Assembly (NCBI GenBank): GCA_038886535.1
Contig: JAVZXS010000001.1
Location: 64,001 to 128,000, forward strand
DNA: 64,000 nt
Direction: 5' to 3'
Source of the DNA: Candidatus Micrarchaeia archaeon
GTDB lineage: Archaea > Micrarchaeota > Micrarchaeia > CABMEP01
The notes beneath the pieces are model-generated. The model ran no database searches. It was not told the origin of the DNA and saw only the letters and a list, made by a program, of their open reading frames with translations. Shown piece after piece: positions 19,250 to 29,315 of the stretch (position 1 is its first letter; the number at the start of each line of letters is the position of its first letter). The position numbers and the translations under genes are program-made.

Positions 19250-22200
19250 ATGTCTATTCGTGATTATAAGAAGATAGCTTTAATCAGAGTAAATAAACTC
19301 ATATTTTCATCTTTTCTTCTTTTTGAGCCACTATTTGAACCAATATATGTAAAAGAAACAAAGGTATTTAAATACATACAAAATAATAGTAGTATAAAGG
19401 TGGAAAGGATGGGTGATAAATTGGCGACTGCACAGAAGCAAAAGGAAGAACAGGAAAAGATTCAAATAGAATGGCCTATTGATTCTTATAAAAAATTAGA
19501 TACTATTTATAAAATCATAAAAGAACTTGAATCAAAATTAGATAATAAAAAGAAAAAGGAAATAGAAAAAATATTAGAGTCAGTAGGTTATAGAGGTCTA
19601 ATTTCTGCTATAGAAAATTATAGAAATGGCTTAGTTGAAATGAAAGTGCCAGAGAATTATGCAAATATGAAACGCGATGGTTCTATAACTTTTTTCATGG
19701 AAGCTAAAATGTTTTTCCTTGTAGCATATATCACTGAAAACGAAGAAATGGCTAATGCAGTATTAGATGCTATTAAAAATAGAAAAAAAATCGATATAGG
19801 CTACTATATGGGCGGGTATGGAAAAGGAACGAAATATTTTCTTAACCTTAATCCAGAGAAGTCACAAATTGCAAGTCTTTATAGAGTCTTAAAAAGATTA
19901 AAAGAAGAAGGTTATGATATTTCTCAAATAGATTGGAATGGAGTATCTTATGATACTGGTAAAGGAAACCCATTTCAGAGGTTAGATGAAATATATAGCG
20001 CAGGTGAATATCCTCAAAATTATGAGGTTGAGATGTACAATTTATTAAAGAATTATATCTCTACTAAGAAGACAAATAAACCTCTTAGAAATGTAGACAT
20101 GGATCCGGAAAAAGGTAACGTGATTCCTGATCTCACCCTTAGAGAAATGTATGGTAAAACTAAAAATGAAATAAATAAACTTTTAATTGAATTGATTTCA
20201 AAGTATCCTGAGGTTGCATATTTTATACCAGATATATATTCGGATATTACAAGTATCTTAGTCAAGGAAGGATTTAATAAATATATAGGAGATCCAAATA
20301 ATAAAGATAAAGGAAAGCTATTTGAGAAAAAAATGGATGAAGCTGTAAATTACATGGAGGCATTAAAACTATGCTTCGAGAGTATAGAACAAAACATGCC
20401 TAAAATAATTGAAGCTATTCAGAAAAAAGATTTTCTTAAATTATACCCACCTCTTGTAGCGAAATTAATAAGCGACAGCATTCAAAATAAAGACATAAAT
20501 CTAGAAAAAATGTCTAAAAATGATATAGAGTCGCTTAGAATTAAAATTATCAGTTCATTTCTTACTAATACGTTACCAAACTACGCTAATTATTCAGAGT
20601 TGCATATAATTTCTAATCCTTGGTTTAAAGCAATTTATTTTGATGGAAAAAAGAGAATCAGTGCAACATTAACAGAGAAGGAGGTACAAAATGCAAAAGA
20701 AATTCTTAAGAAGAAATGGGAATCTTTTATTTTAGTACCTAAAGATATAGTAACTACAAAAGAAGAGAGAGATCCAACCTTTGATTCAATATCGGATACA
20801 ATTTACAATGATATGGATGCGAAAGTATACGTATTCGATGTGAAAAAAAGACAATACACTAAATATGTTAATGGTTCATTCCCATTAATACTTCAACCTA
20901 TAAATACCACTGCCCTTCGAAAGACAGTTGGAATTGGGGAGAATTGGCCAAGGGGAGACAGATTTAATATAGATTTAGGTTGGTTTGATAAAAATTATTT
21001 GTTAGAAGATGGTTGGAAATTTTCTAACAGCTATATTGATAAAACCTCTAAAGAAAAGATAGAGTTATATCAGAGAAAAGATGAAACATTAGAAGTCATA
21101 TTAAAAAACGAAGAAATTATTTCATTTAACTATTATCCGTGTCCATTAAAAGTCTTAGGTTTATTCGAATTCACAAGAGCAAAATTAATTACAGTTCAAA
21201 AAACTGAAGACGGATTTAAAATAAGATGGGAGATTATTCCGCCGTATGGCAGATACAGTGGTGCAAAATTATTAACTAAAAATAATTTTGCATTTAATAG
21301 AGACAAAAGGGATGCTAGATTATCATTTGTTGAAAGGGAATATTTACCAAAACCTCCAATTATTCCTTCAGCTACATCAAGAATTAGCGTTCAAGGTCTT
21401 TCATTTGATCCCAACTCATTCTATAGCGTTGCAAATGATTTGGGAATAAATATAGATTATTTAAATAATCTCTATTATTCTTCTATAGATTTGGAAAAAG
21501 CATTATCTTCTGGAAGAGAAGAAGATATAAACAATGCAGCTTGGAAATTAATTCAATCTGCAAGAGATTTTACCTCTGTAATATGGGATAGTAAATTAGC
21601 AAACGATTCTTCGCTTTCAAATTCAGATAAAGAATTTCTGCAGTCATTTAAAGATGGCAAAGTAAACGACTTAAATAGATGGATAGATATAATGAAAGGT
21701 AGAAATTATGGAGGTGCTGCGGATCTTAGTAGAATATTTTTAGCTAAGAGTCAAGCCACAACCGATATCACAACCTCTATGAAAATTAATACCTTTTCAA
21801 TTGCATTAGAGAAGCCCATTAATATGATTCCTTTGAAAGATGCTTCAATATTATCTTTTTCAGGTATAACTTATGGAAGAGCAACTACAAAGTTAGATGG
21901 AATGCTGACTACTACAATACAGGAAATAAATCCAGATGGTACCTACAGTGATCCAATTGTGACACAGCAGAAAATTCATTTTGAAGAAAGCGATGGTTTA
22001 TGGGGTGGGACTTTTGATTTTGGTCGTACTAAAAAAGGAAAGTACGGTAGTTTAAATCTTCTTTTTGGTAATGGTTTTAGGCACTTTGATTTTATTGGAG
22101 CAGGAGATAACATTGTTGATTCGATTTTGACTAAAAAAAATCTATTGCAGATAATTGCAAGCATACCTCAAGCAACTAAGTTAAGTTACACTCAATACAA

Positions 22201-22585
22201 CCTTTTTGGTACTGATTATTATAGCACACGTATAGAAGCAAAATATATATCTTTATCACCACTATCTGACTTATTATATTTGTTAACTGGAAAGAAGGTC
22301 TCTCCCGTATTAGACCTAGGATTAGGTGACATATTCGAATATGATAAAAAAGAAGGTATGAAGTTGAATAAAGAAAAGTTCTCATATGTCGAATCCACAT
22401 TTAATCTCGGTAAGGCATCTACATACATTAGAAAGGAGTTAGGTGGAACTAAAGCCACAGAGATTTATGCATCTTGGAAGAAACCATTTAATGTCGACTT
22501 CTTAGACGAGGTTGGAATGTATGGTAGATGGAATGCTTTGGAAGGCTCTAATTACGGCTTTTCAATTAAAATAGGATTAAAATAA
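19250..22585 (+). CDS. Very large hypothetical protein with a beta-strand-rich C-terminal region; N-terminus related to 11818-15537
   Basis: 1111-aa ORF; LLxEPLxxP...IKVERMGDK..AQK shared; amphipathic strands ending NYGFSIKIGLK. Confidence 0.75.
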   Translation: MSIRDYKKIALIRVNKLIFSSFLLFEPLFEPIYVKETKVFKYIQNNSSIKVERMGDKLATAQKQKEEQEKIQIEWPIDSYKKLDTIYKIIKELESKLDNKKKKEIEKILESVGYRGLISAIENYRNGLVEMKVPENYANMKRDGSITFFMEAKMFFLVAYITENEEMANAVLDAIKNRKKIDIGYYMGGYGKGTKYFLNLNPEKSQIASLYRVLKRLKEEGYDISQIDWNGVSYDTGKGNPFQRLDEIYSAGEYPQNYEVEMYNLLKNYISTKKTNKPLRNVDMDPEKGNVIPDLTLREMYGKTKNEINKLLIELISKYPEVAYFIPDIYSDITSILVKEGFNKYIGDPNNKDKGKLFEKKMDEAVNYMEALKLCFESIEQNMPKIIEAIQKKDFLKLYPPLVAKLISDSIQNKDINLEKMSKNDIESLRIKIISSFLTNTLPNYANYSELHIISNPWFKAIYFDGKKRISATLTEKEVQNAKEILKKKWESFILVPKDIVTTKEERDPTFDSISDTIYNDMDAKVYVFDVKKRQYTKYVNGSFPLILQPINTTALRKTVGIGENWPRGDRFNIDLGWFDKNYLLEDGWKFSNSYIDKTSKEKIELYQRKDETLEVILKNEEIISFNYYPCPLKVLGLFEFTRAKLITVQKTEDGFKIRWEIIPPYGRYSGAKLLTKNNFAFNRDKRDARLSFVEREYLPKPPIIPSATSRISVQGLSFDPNSFYSVANDLGINIDYLNNLYYSSIDLEKALSSGREEDINNAAWKLIQSARDFTSVIWDSKLANDSSLSNSDKEFLQSFKDGKVNDLNRWIDIMKGRNYGGAADLSRIFLAKSQATTDITTSMKINTFSIALEKPINMIPLKDASILSFSGITYGRATTKLDGMLTTTIQEINPDGTYSDPIVTQQKIHFEESDGLWGGTFDFGRTKKGKYGSLNLLFGNGFRHFDFIGAGDNIVDSILTKKNLLQIIASIPQATKLSYTQYNLFGTDYYSTRIEAKYISLSPLSDLLYLLTGKKVSPVLDLGLGDIFEYDKKEGMKLNKEKFSYVESTFNLGKASTYIRKELGGTKATEIYASWKKPFNVDFLDEVGMYGRWNALEGSNYGFSIKIGLK
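19393..19420 (+). repeat. 28-bp repeat, copy 2
   Basis: TATAAAGGTGGAAAGGATGGGTGATAAA, inverted relative to 15325-15352. Confidence 0.9.
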
Positions 22586-22611
22586 ATCAAATTAAACGAT
22601 TAGGTGATCAT

Positions 22612-24135
22612 TTGTATTTTCTACGATCCAATGTTTCCATATTTTACTTTATTATATTTCTTTCTTCTTTAATTAACGCCATAGATATTCAAACAATATT
22701 TTTATCACACATTAATAATCAATATAATGCTACAGTGAGATTTAACGCTGTAATTCCGTTTAATATATCTTATGGTTCAGTTATAGTAACAAATGGGAGT
22801 TATGTTTGTACTGGTTCTCAATTAGGTTTAACAGCAAATAATATCACTACATTTTCTCCAATTTCGGTTGTGGTTGAATGTCCTCGTGAATGCTCTACTT
22901 ATTCTTCTCCATCATCTTCTTTCCCACAATCTATTTTATGGATTTCAGAAAATGCCTATAATGCAAACAAATCACAATACAATATTACAAGATCTTGGTG
23001 TAATTATAGCAGATTCGCTCAACCCGAACATCCTTTGGCGCAATATAATTATACTTCTATTTATAAATTGCCAGTTAAGCAAACTTCTGGCATTGCAAGT
23101 TTGGGTGTTTTTTGTTATGGGAACATTTCTTTTTATGAGAACAACAATCAAATATCTTCTCCATTCACAGTTTCTTCAACTGGATTAGCTTATTTGTCTG
23201 CAAGATTAATTACAGGAGAATGTTCTTTGCTAGCTAGATCATTTGAGACATCAGGTCCTACTTTAGATTGCTGGTATAGTAATCAAATGTTAAATAACTA
23301 TGTATTTGAAAATTCCACTGAAATTAATGTAATTTCAGGTCCAAACCTTACCCTCACTCCTACTCAATCTGATTATGTTGTGACACCTGGGGGAACGGTA
23401 ACATTTAGGTTTAAGCTAAATAACTCAGGTGATATGAATGCTACTATTTCTGGAGTTACAGTATCTGACGGTTTTTCAGTTGATTCATTTTCACCTTCAA
23501 CTATAAATGCGGGAGAGGTTGTAGATTTTACAGTGTCAGCAACAGCACCCAGTCTGCAGGCAGGAACAACCGTCACTCCTACCATAAGTTTTGACTTCAA
23601 TTCTACAGTTCCAATAATAGGTACATGTGGTGCAGCATCGGTTGCAAATGTAAATGTAGGAAATGTACTTATTGGAGACATTAATCCAATAAATGTAAGG
23701 ATTTATGCAACTCCATCAGGATTCTTTAATGAAGGAAACACATTTCTTCCTTCAAAGTTGAATATAACAGCAAGAATATGGAGAGAAGATCCACCTAATC
23801 TATATTTGAGTGACGTCGTCACGAACATATCAATCTATTATTATAATACAACTCTCAAGAACTGGAGATTGAAATTTGATGTGACCGGCATTTCTGGTTC
23901 AACTGGTTCAGCTACCGAAGATGAAAGAAAGATAGCGTGGTGGAATAATGCAGAAGGAATATTCATTAATCTGAATGAAACAATTTCATCTTCCTCTCCA
24001 TTTAGCTATGTGCCTGGCGTTTATAAGGTTGAAATCAGATCTTATGATGGTGCAGCAACAAGAGGAAGCAAGATTCAAACTGATTCTAGCTATTTTGTAA
24101 TATTCAACCTTCCAGGATGTGCAAGAAAGGTATAA
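22612..24135 (+). CDS. Secreted/surface protein with an Ig-like (CARDB/NEW3-type) domain
   Basis: Signal peptide (IFYFIIFLSSLINA); S/T/N-rich with many NxS/T sequons; VTPGGTVTFRFKLNNSGD. Confidence 0.7.
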   Translation: MYFLRSNVSIFYFIIFLSSLINAIDIQTIFLSHINNQYNATVRFNAVIPFNISYGSVIVTNGSYVCTGSQLGLTANNITTFSPISVVVECPRECSTYSSPSSSFPQSILWISENAYNANKSQYNITRSWCNYSRFAQPEHPLAQYNYTSIYKLPVKQTSGIASLGVFCYGNISFYENNNQISSPFTVSSTGLAYLSARLITGECSLLARSFETSGPTLDCWYSNQMLNNYVFENSTEINVISGPNLTLTPTQSDYVVTPGGTVTFRFKLNNSGDMNATISGVTVSDGFSVDSFSPSTINAGEVVDFTVSATAPSLQAGTTVTPTISFDFNSTVPIIGTCGAASVANVNVGNVLIGDINPINVRIYATPSGFFNEGNTFLPSKLNITARIWREDPPNLYLSDVVTNISIYYYNTTLKNWRLKFDVTGISGSTGSATEDERKIAWWNNAEGIFINLNETISSSSPFSYVPGVYKVEIRSYDGAATRGSKIQTDSSYFVIFNLPGCARKV

Positions 24136-24223
24136 GTCAGGCATGAAGTAGAATAGGCATACAAAGGAACGTTTAAAAGATTTGATGGACATTTATTTCT
24201 TAGAATAACTTAAGGGTGGAAAT

Positions 24224-24958
24224 ATGATAGATACACTTAAGAATGCAATAGAGAGCTATACAAAGAATATAGGGATGATATTATTCTTTTCAATTCCATT
24301 TTTGCTTTCATTAGTTCTTTTGCTTCCTCCGTTCTCACCAGCACCAGTATTCACAGCTCTAGGTGGGTATTTCCTTAGATCAGGAAGCATTCCAGAAATG
24401 ACAATGATGGATTTTATAACAATAATATTTTCAGCAGGCATCTCATTACTCTTTATCTCCCTTGCAGCAGTTGCAGTCACCCTTGTAGTTAAGGCTTCAA
24501 GGACAAGAACAAGAGTATCTGCAGAGGCAATGAGAAACCTTGGAAGATACACTTTTACAGTATTTGGAATATTTGTTGGAATAAAGGTGCTTGAATTCTT
24601 GCTTCTCAGTTATTTATTATCAATTAATATGAATGAACTTCCTGCATTGTTAGTTAATTTCATTGTTTCATTAGGTTTGTTCTATATAGCACCAGCAGTG
24701 GTTCTTGAAGAGAAAAAGCCAGTTCCAGCATTGGTAAGCAGCTTCAACCATATAGCAAGAAGGCCATTGAATTTCATAATGTGGCTTTTGGTTGCATTTA
24801 TCATGATTTATGTGTTCTCATCGTTGTCATTCATGATGTTCTCAGATCCAATGATGAGACAAGGATTCATTATTCTTATGAATTCTGCAATAGTGCTTCC
24901 ATTCCTGGTTGTCCTTCAAGCTCATCTTTACTTGTCAAAATATACTATAGTAAGATAA
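24224..24958 (+). CDS. Polytopic membrane protein
   Basis: About six hydrophobic segments; GGTGG SD. Confidence 0.8.
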   Translation: MIDTLKNAIESYTKNIGMILFFSIPFLLSLVLLLPPFSPAPVFTALGGYFLRSGSIPEMTMMDFITIIFSAGISLLFISLAAVAVTLVVKASRTRTRVSAEAMRNLGRYTFTVFGIFVGIKVLEFLLLSYLLSINMNELPALLVNFIVSLGLFYIAPAVVLEEKKPVPALVSSFNHIARRPLNFIMWLLVAFIMIYVFSSLSFMMFSDPMMRQGFIILMNSAIVLPFLVVLQAHLYLSKYTIVR

Positions 24959-24979
24959 CATGATGAGCAAGGTGTAGAT

Positions 24980-25219
24980 ATGGCTGCTAAGCGAAAGAAG
25001 GAAAAAAGTCTTTTTACCAAGTCAAACCGACAGCTATTAGGATTTGTTCTTCTTTTATTTGTTTTCGCACTTCTTTTATACACCACATTTGTTCTTTTCA
25101 ATGAAGGAAATGTTTTCAAAGACAAAAAAGAGAACAATACAGCCATATCAAAGCAGGATGAAGGAATGACATCAGTGTCTATCATCTATAAACAGAACAG
25201 CACAAAAAATTCAAGATAA
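24980..25219 (+). CDS. Small single-pass membrane protein
   Basis: AAGGTG SD, basic N-terminus, one TM helix. Confidence 0.6.
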   Translation: MAAKRKKEKSLFTKSNRQLLGFVLLLFVFALLLYTTFVLFNEGNVFKDKKENNTAISKQDEGMTSVSIIYKQNSTKNSR

Positions 25220-25312
25220 CACCCTATAATCTATGTAATTGAAGGGTTAATGTCAATAGTTTTTTAAATATAAACCTACAATAATTATTGTTATTTTCTA
25301 TTTGTCATTCAA

Positions 25313-26044
25313 ATGACAAGGAGTGGTATTATGTATCCGACATCACCTTCTGCATATGATAGAGCAATCACAGTTTTCTCTCCAGATGGAAGATTATTCC
25401 AAGTAGAATATGCTAAAGAGGCAGTCAACAGAGGAGCAACATCCATGGCATTGGCTGGAAAAGACGGAGTAGTATTCATAGCACATAAGACAAAGATTTC
25501 AAAATTATTTGTTCCAGAATCGTTAAAGAAGATATTCATGATAGATGAACACATGGCGATAGTTGCATCTGGGTTGATAGCAGATGCAAGAAGACTGATA
25601 GACACAGCAAGAATAGAAGCACAGAGGTATAGATACACTTACAATGAGCCTGCAGATGTTGAATATATAACAAGAGAAATAGCAGATATGATGCAGGCAT
25701 ATACTCAATATGGAGGTGCAAGACCTTTCGGTGCTTCATTAATATTTGGAGGTGTAGATTCAGAACCTAGAGTTTTTGAAACTGAACCCAGTGGTTCATA
25801 TACTGGTATGAAAGCAGCAGTGATTGGAGCAGGAAGAAACGAGGTTTCAGAATTCTTTGAAAAAGAATATGATGAAAAAATGAATATAGAAGAGCTTATA
25901 CTTTTTGGATTCAAAGCTCTCAAAAAGATTCCAGATATGAAACTTAAATCAGAAATATTTGACGTAGGAATAGTTCCATTATCTACAAAGAAGTTTGAAT
26001 TTCTTTCTCCTGAAAAAGTTTCAAGCTACGTTTCTAAAGTTTAA
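25313..26044 (+). CDS. psmA: Proteasome alpha subunit
   Basis: [31 protein letters not shown]. Confidence 0.98.
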   Translation: MTRSGIMYPTSPSAYDRAITVFSPDGRLFQVEYAKEAVNRGATSMALAGKDGVVFIAHKTKISKLFVPESLKKIFMIDEHMAIVASGLIADARRLIDTARIEAQRYRYTYNEPADVEYITREIADMMQAYTQYGGARPFGASLIFGGVDSEPRVFETEPSGSYTGMKAAVIGAGRNEVSEFFEKEYDEKMNIEELILFGFKALKKIPDMKLKSEIFDVGIVPLSTKKFEFLSPEKVSSYVSKV

Positions 26045-26076
26045 TTAATATTGAATTCTGCAATAGAGGTAATCTT

Positions 26077-26778
26077 ATGGGACTAGAGAAGGCAGTTGTT
26101 GCCTCGATTAAGATAAACGGAGAGACATTTGAAATATACGTTGATCCTAACGCTGCTCTTGATTTTAAGCTTGGAAAGAAAAAAGATTTTAACAATGTTT
26201 TAGTAGTAGAAGAGGTCTTCAAAGATGCTAAGAAGGGTGAAAGGGCTTCTGGTGAAAAAGTAAAGAAGGCCTTTGGAACAGAAGATATTTTTGAGATAGG
26301 AAAAAGAATAGTGCTTAATGGAGATGTTCCAATCACAACAGAGCAGAGAAGACAGATGATAGAAGAAAAAAGAAAGAAAATTATTTCTATATTAGCAAGA
26401 GAAACTATAGATCCAAGGACAAATGCACCCCACCCACCACAAAGAATTGAAAAAGCAATGGAAGAGGTAAAAATAAACATTGATCCGTTCAAACCAGCAG
26501 AAAATCAGATAAATGATGTAATTTCAGCATTAAGAGCTATTCTACCTATGAAAATAGAAACTGCAGTATACGCAATAAAAGTGCCCGCTGATTTGGCACA
26601 GAAAATATACGGTAGTATAAAATCTTACAATGTACAGAAAGAGGAATGGCAATCTGATGGTTCATTAATTGCATTGATAGAGATACCAGCAGGAATGCAA
26701 ACTGAATTTCTTGATAAAATAAATAAACTTACATCAGGTAGAGCACAAGTAAAGAATATGCCTAAAGATAAAAAGTAA
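26077..26778 (+). CDS. sdo1: Ribosome maturation factor SBDS/Sdo1
   Basis: [31 protein letters not shown]. Confidence 0.97.
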   Translation: MGLEKAVVASIKINGETFEIYVDPNAALDFKLGKKKDFNNVLVVEEVFKDAKKGERASGEKVKKAFGTEDIFEIGKRIVLNGDVPITTEQRRQMIEEKRKKIISILARETIDPRTNAPHPPQRIEKAMEEVKINIDPFKPAENQINDVISALRAILPMKIETAVYAIKVPADLAQKIYGSIKSYNVQKEEWQSDGSLIALIEIPAGMQTEFLDKINKLTSGRAQVKNMPKDKK

Positions 26779-26815
26779 GTCCGTTTCAAACTAAAAAGGA
26801 AAGTTTTAAATATGA

Positions 26816-26923
26816 TAAGTGTATAAGATATTTATATTCCTCATCTTTTCACGCTATATGCTTTTACTATTGCTTAGGCGTTGATTAAGAGGGATCTTTT
26901 CATTCGACTATTTTATACACTTA
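26816..26923. other. Long imperfect intergenic hairpin upstream of rrp4
   Basis: 15-bp outer stem TAAGTGTATAAGATA / TATTTTATACACTTA, inner ATTCCTC/GAGGGAT and TCACGCT/GGCGTTGA pairings. Confidence 0.5.
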
Positions 26924-26973
26924 ATAAATTAGAATTATGAATTTTGAAAAACTAAAAAAGAAAGGTGAATTAA

Positions 26974-27618
26974 ATGGGAAGACTAGTAATACCTGGCGAT
27001 TTACTTTTAGATAAGCCAATAAGAAATCCTTATACATATATAAAGGAAGGAAAAACATACGCAGCTATAGTCGGTATGTTTGATGATCAGCAAAATAAAT
27101 TTATGCCAATAAAGGCATCTTATCTTCCATCACTTAGAGATAGTGTGATAGGAATAATAGAAGAGGAGAAAGTAATAGGGTATGGAGTAAATTTATTTTC
27201 TCCTTACCATGGTCTTCTTTCTTCAAAGATACTTAGAACTACATTTAATGTAGGTGATATAATTTTGGCAGAAGTTTCAGAAATTAGTGAGGTAAAAGAC
27301 ATATGGCTTTCTAGACCAATAAAGTTAGTTGGTGGAGAAATAATAGATATCTCACCAACAAAAATTTCAAGAGTAATAGGAAAGCATTCATCAATGCTTA
27401 ATATATTAAAGATAGGAACTGGATGTGAGATAATAGTAGGAAAAAACGGTCTTATTTGGATAAAAGGTCAGAATTCAGCGAAGGCAATAGACGCAATAGA
27501 AAAGATCTCAAGGGAAGCGCATACAAGCGGGCTTACAGATAGGATAATGGAATATCTTGGAGTTACTCAGGAAATGCTTCAGAGATTCCAGACTTCAAGA
27601 GAGCAATACAGATACTAA
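26974..27618 (+). CDS. rrp4: Exosome RNA-binding subunit Rrp4
   Basis: LVIPGD, S1 domain, KH motif RVIGKHSSM, IIVGKNGLIWI, EAHTSGLTDRI. Confidence 0.95.
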   Translation: MGRLVIPGDLLLDKPIRNPYTYIKEGKTYAAIVGMFDDQQNKFMPIKASYLPSLRDSVIGIIEEEKVIGYGVNLFSPYHGLLSSKILRTTFNVGDIILAEVSEISEVKDIWLSRPIKLVGGEIIDISPTKISRVIGKHSSMLNILKIGTGCEIIVGKNGLIWIKGQNSAKAIDAIEKISREAHTSGLTDRIMEYLGVTQEMLQRFQTSREQYRY

Positions 27619-27666
27619 TCTGGGAATGCAGATTCAATAGAATTATGATTATTAGAGGTGAATTAA

Positions 27667-28467
27667 ATGGGAGGAAATTCAGAAGTGCCGTTGATCGTAA
27701 ACGGTAAGAGATTAGATGGGCGAGGATTAGAAGATTTGCGGCCAATAACAATAGAGGCAGGAGTATTAAATAGGGCAAACGGAAGTGCTTACCTAACCTG
27801 GGGGAAGAACAAGGTTCTTGCCGCAGTATATGGACCAAGAGAGGTTTTTCCAAAACACGAAACAAATCTTTATGGTTCAATAGTTAGATGCAGATACATG
27901 ATGGCTCCTTTTTCTACTGAGGAACATGGAAGAGCTGGTCCAAACAGAAGATCAAGGGAAATTTCAAAAGTTATGAAAGAAGCGTTTGAATATGTTATAA
28001 TTAAAGAAGTTTATCCAAAAACAGCAATAGATATATATGTAGATATACTTGAAGGCCAAGGTTCTACAAGAGTCGCAGGTCTTACTGCGGCTGCAGTTGC
28101 TCTTGCAAATGCAGGTATACCAATGAGAGACATACCTATAGGCATTTCAGTAGGAAAGATAGACAACAAGATAGCTGTTGATATGATGAGAGAAGAGGAT
28201 AATTTTGGTCAGGCAGATATGCCATTAGCAATAAATCCAACAACAGGGGAGATAATACTTCTTCAGATGGACGGAAAGATGACAAGAGAGGAATTCATTC
28301 AAGCATTGGAGCTTGCATTTGCAAAAGTTCCTGAAATAAGAGAAAAGCAGATAGAGGCATTAAGAGAATTTTTCAAGAAATCATCTGCAAGTATAGAGGA
28401 AAGTAATGGAAATGGTTCTCAAGAAGAACAGATTCAAGAACCTGTAGATCAACAAGCGCAGGAATAA
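27667..28467 (+). CDS. rrp41: Exosome core subunit Rrp41
   Basis: RLDGR, NGSAY, AVYGPRE, YMMAPFS, ADMP. Confidence 0.96.
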   Translation: MGGNSEVPLIVNGKRLDGRGLEDLRPITIEAGVLNRANGSAYLTWGKNKVLAAVYGPREVFPKHETNLYGSIVRCRYMMAPFSTEEHGRAGPNRRSREISKVMKEAFEYVIIKEVYPKTAIDIYVDILEGQGSTRVAGLTAAAVALANAGIPMRDIPIGISVGKIDNKIAVDMMREEDNFGQADMPLAINPTTGEIILLQMDGKMTREEFIQALELAFAKVPEIREKQIEALREFFKKSSASIEESNGNGSQEEQIQEPVDQQAQE

Positions 28468-28488
28468 TTGAATAAAAAAGGTGATTAT

Positions 28489-29268
28489 ATGGTTATGGTT
28501 ATTGATGAGTTGAAAAAAGAAGCGATTAGAGACATGCTTAAGCTAGGAAAGAGAATTGATGATAGGGCCTTTGATGAATATAGAGAGATAAGTATTAAAA
28601 CCAATGTAATTTCTGCTGCAGAAGGTTCTGCAGATGTTACCATAGGAAAATCTAGAGTAATGGCAGGTGTAAAACTTGAAGTGGTAGAACCATTCCCAGA
28701 TAGACCAAGAGAAGGAACGCTAACTGTGAACGCAGACCTTCTTCCAACTGCGCATGAAACATTTGAAGAAGGACCACCATCTGATGAATCAATCGAACTT
28801 GCAAGAGTGGTTGATAGAGGAATAAGGGCGGCAGAAGCAGTTGATTTGAAATCTTTGTTTATAGAAGAAGGAAAAGTGTGGGGAGTATTTGTTGATATAT
28901 ATACTTTAGATCATGATGGAAATCTTCTTGATGCAGCAGCATTGGCAGCTACAGCAGCTCTCCATAGCATGAAGATTCCAAGATATGAAAATGAAAAAGT
29001 AATAAGAGAAAATATGACACCAAAGAAGTTATTAACAATACCTACACAATGTACATTTGTAAAAATAGGTAAAGATATAATTTTAGATCCAACATACGCT
29101 GAAGAGATTGTAGCTGATGCAAGAATCACATATTGTGTTGGAGATGGAATGCTTTATGCAATTCAGAAAGCAGGTCCAGGTGCCTTTACAAAGGAAGAGA
29201 TAATATCTTTGCTTGATAAATCTTTTGAGCAAAGAAAATATTTATTAAGTCTTTTGGAGAAAATATGA
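28489..29268 (+). CDS. rrp42: Exosome core subunit Rrp42
   Basis: AEGSA, PFPDRP, ELARVVDRGIR, DHDGNLLDA; GGTGA SD before ATG 28489. Confidence 0.96.
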   Translation: MVMVIDELKKEAIRDMLKLGKRIDDRAFDEYREISIKTNVISAAEGSADVTIGKSRVMAGVKLEVVEPFPDRPREGTLTVNADLLPTAHETFEEGPPSDESIELARVVDRGIRAAEAVDLKSLFIEEGKVWGVFVDIYTLDHDGNLLDAAALAATAALHSMKIPRYENEKVIRENMTPKKLLTIPTQCTFVKIGKDIILDPTYAEEIVADARITYCVGDGMLYAIQKAGPGAFTKEEIISLLDKSFEQRKYLLSLLEKI

Positions 29269-29315
29269 TTACACTGTTAGTTAAGTACTTATAATGGTTA
29301 AATGGAGTGATTAAT

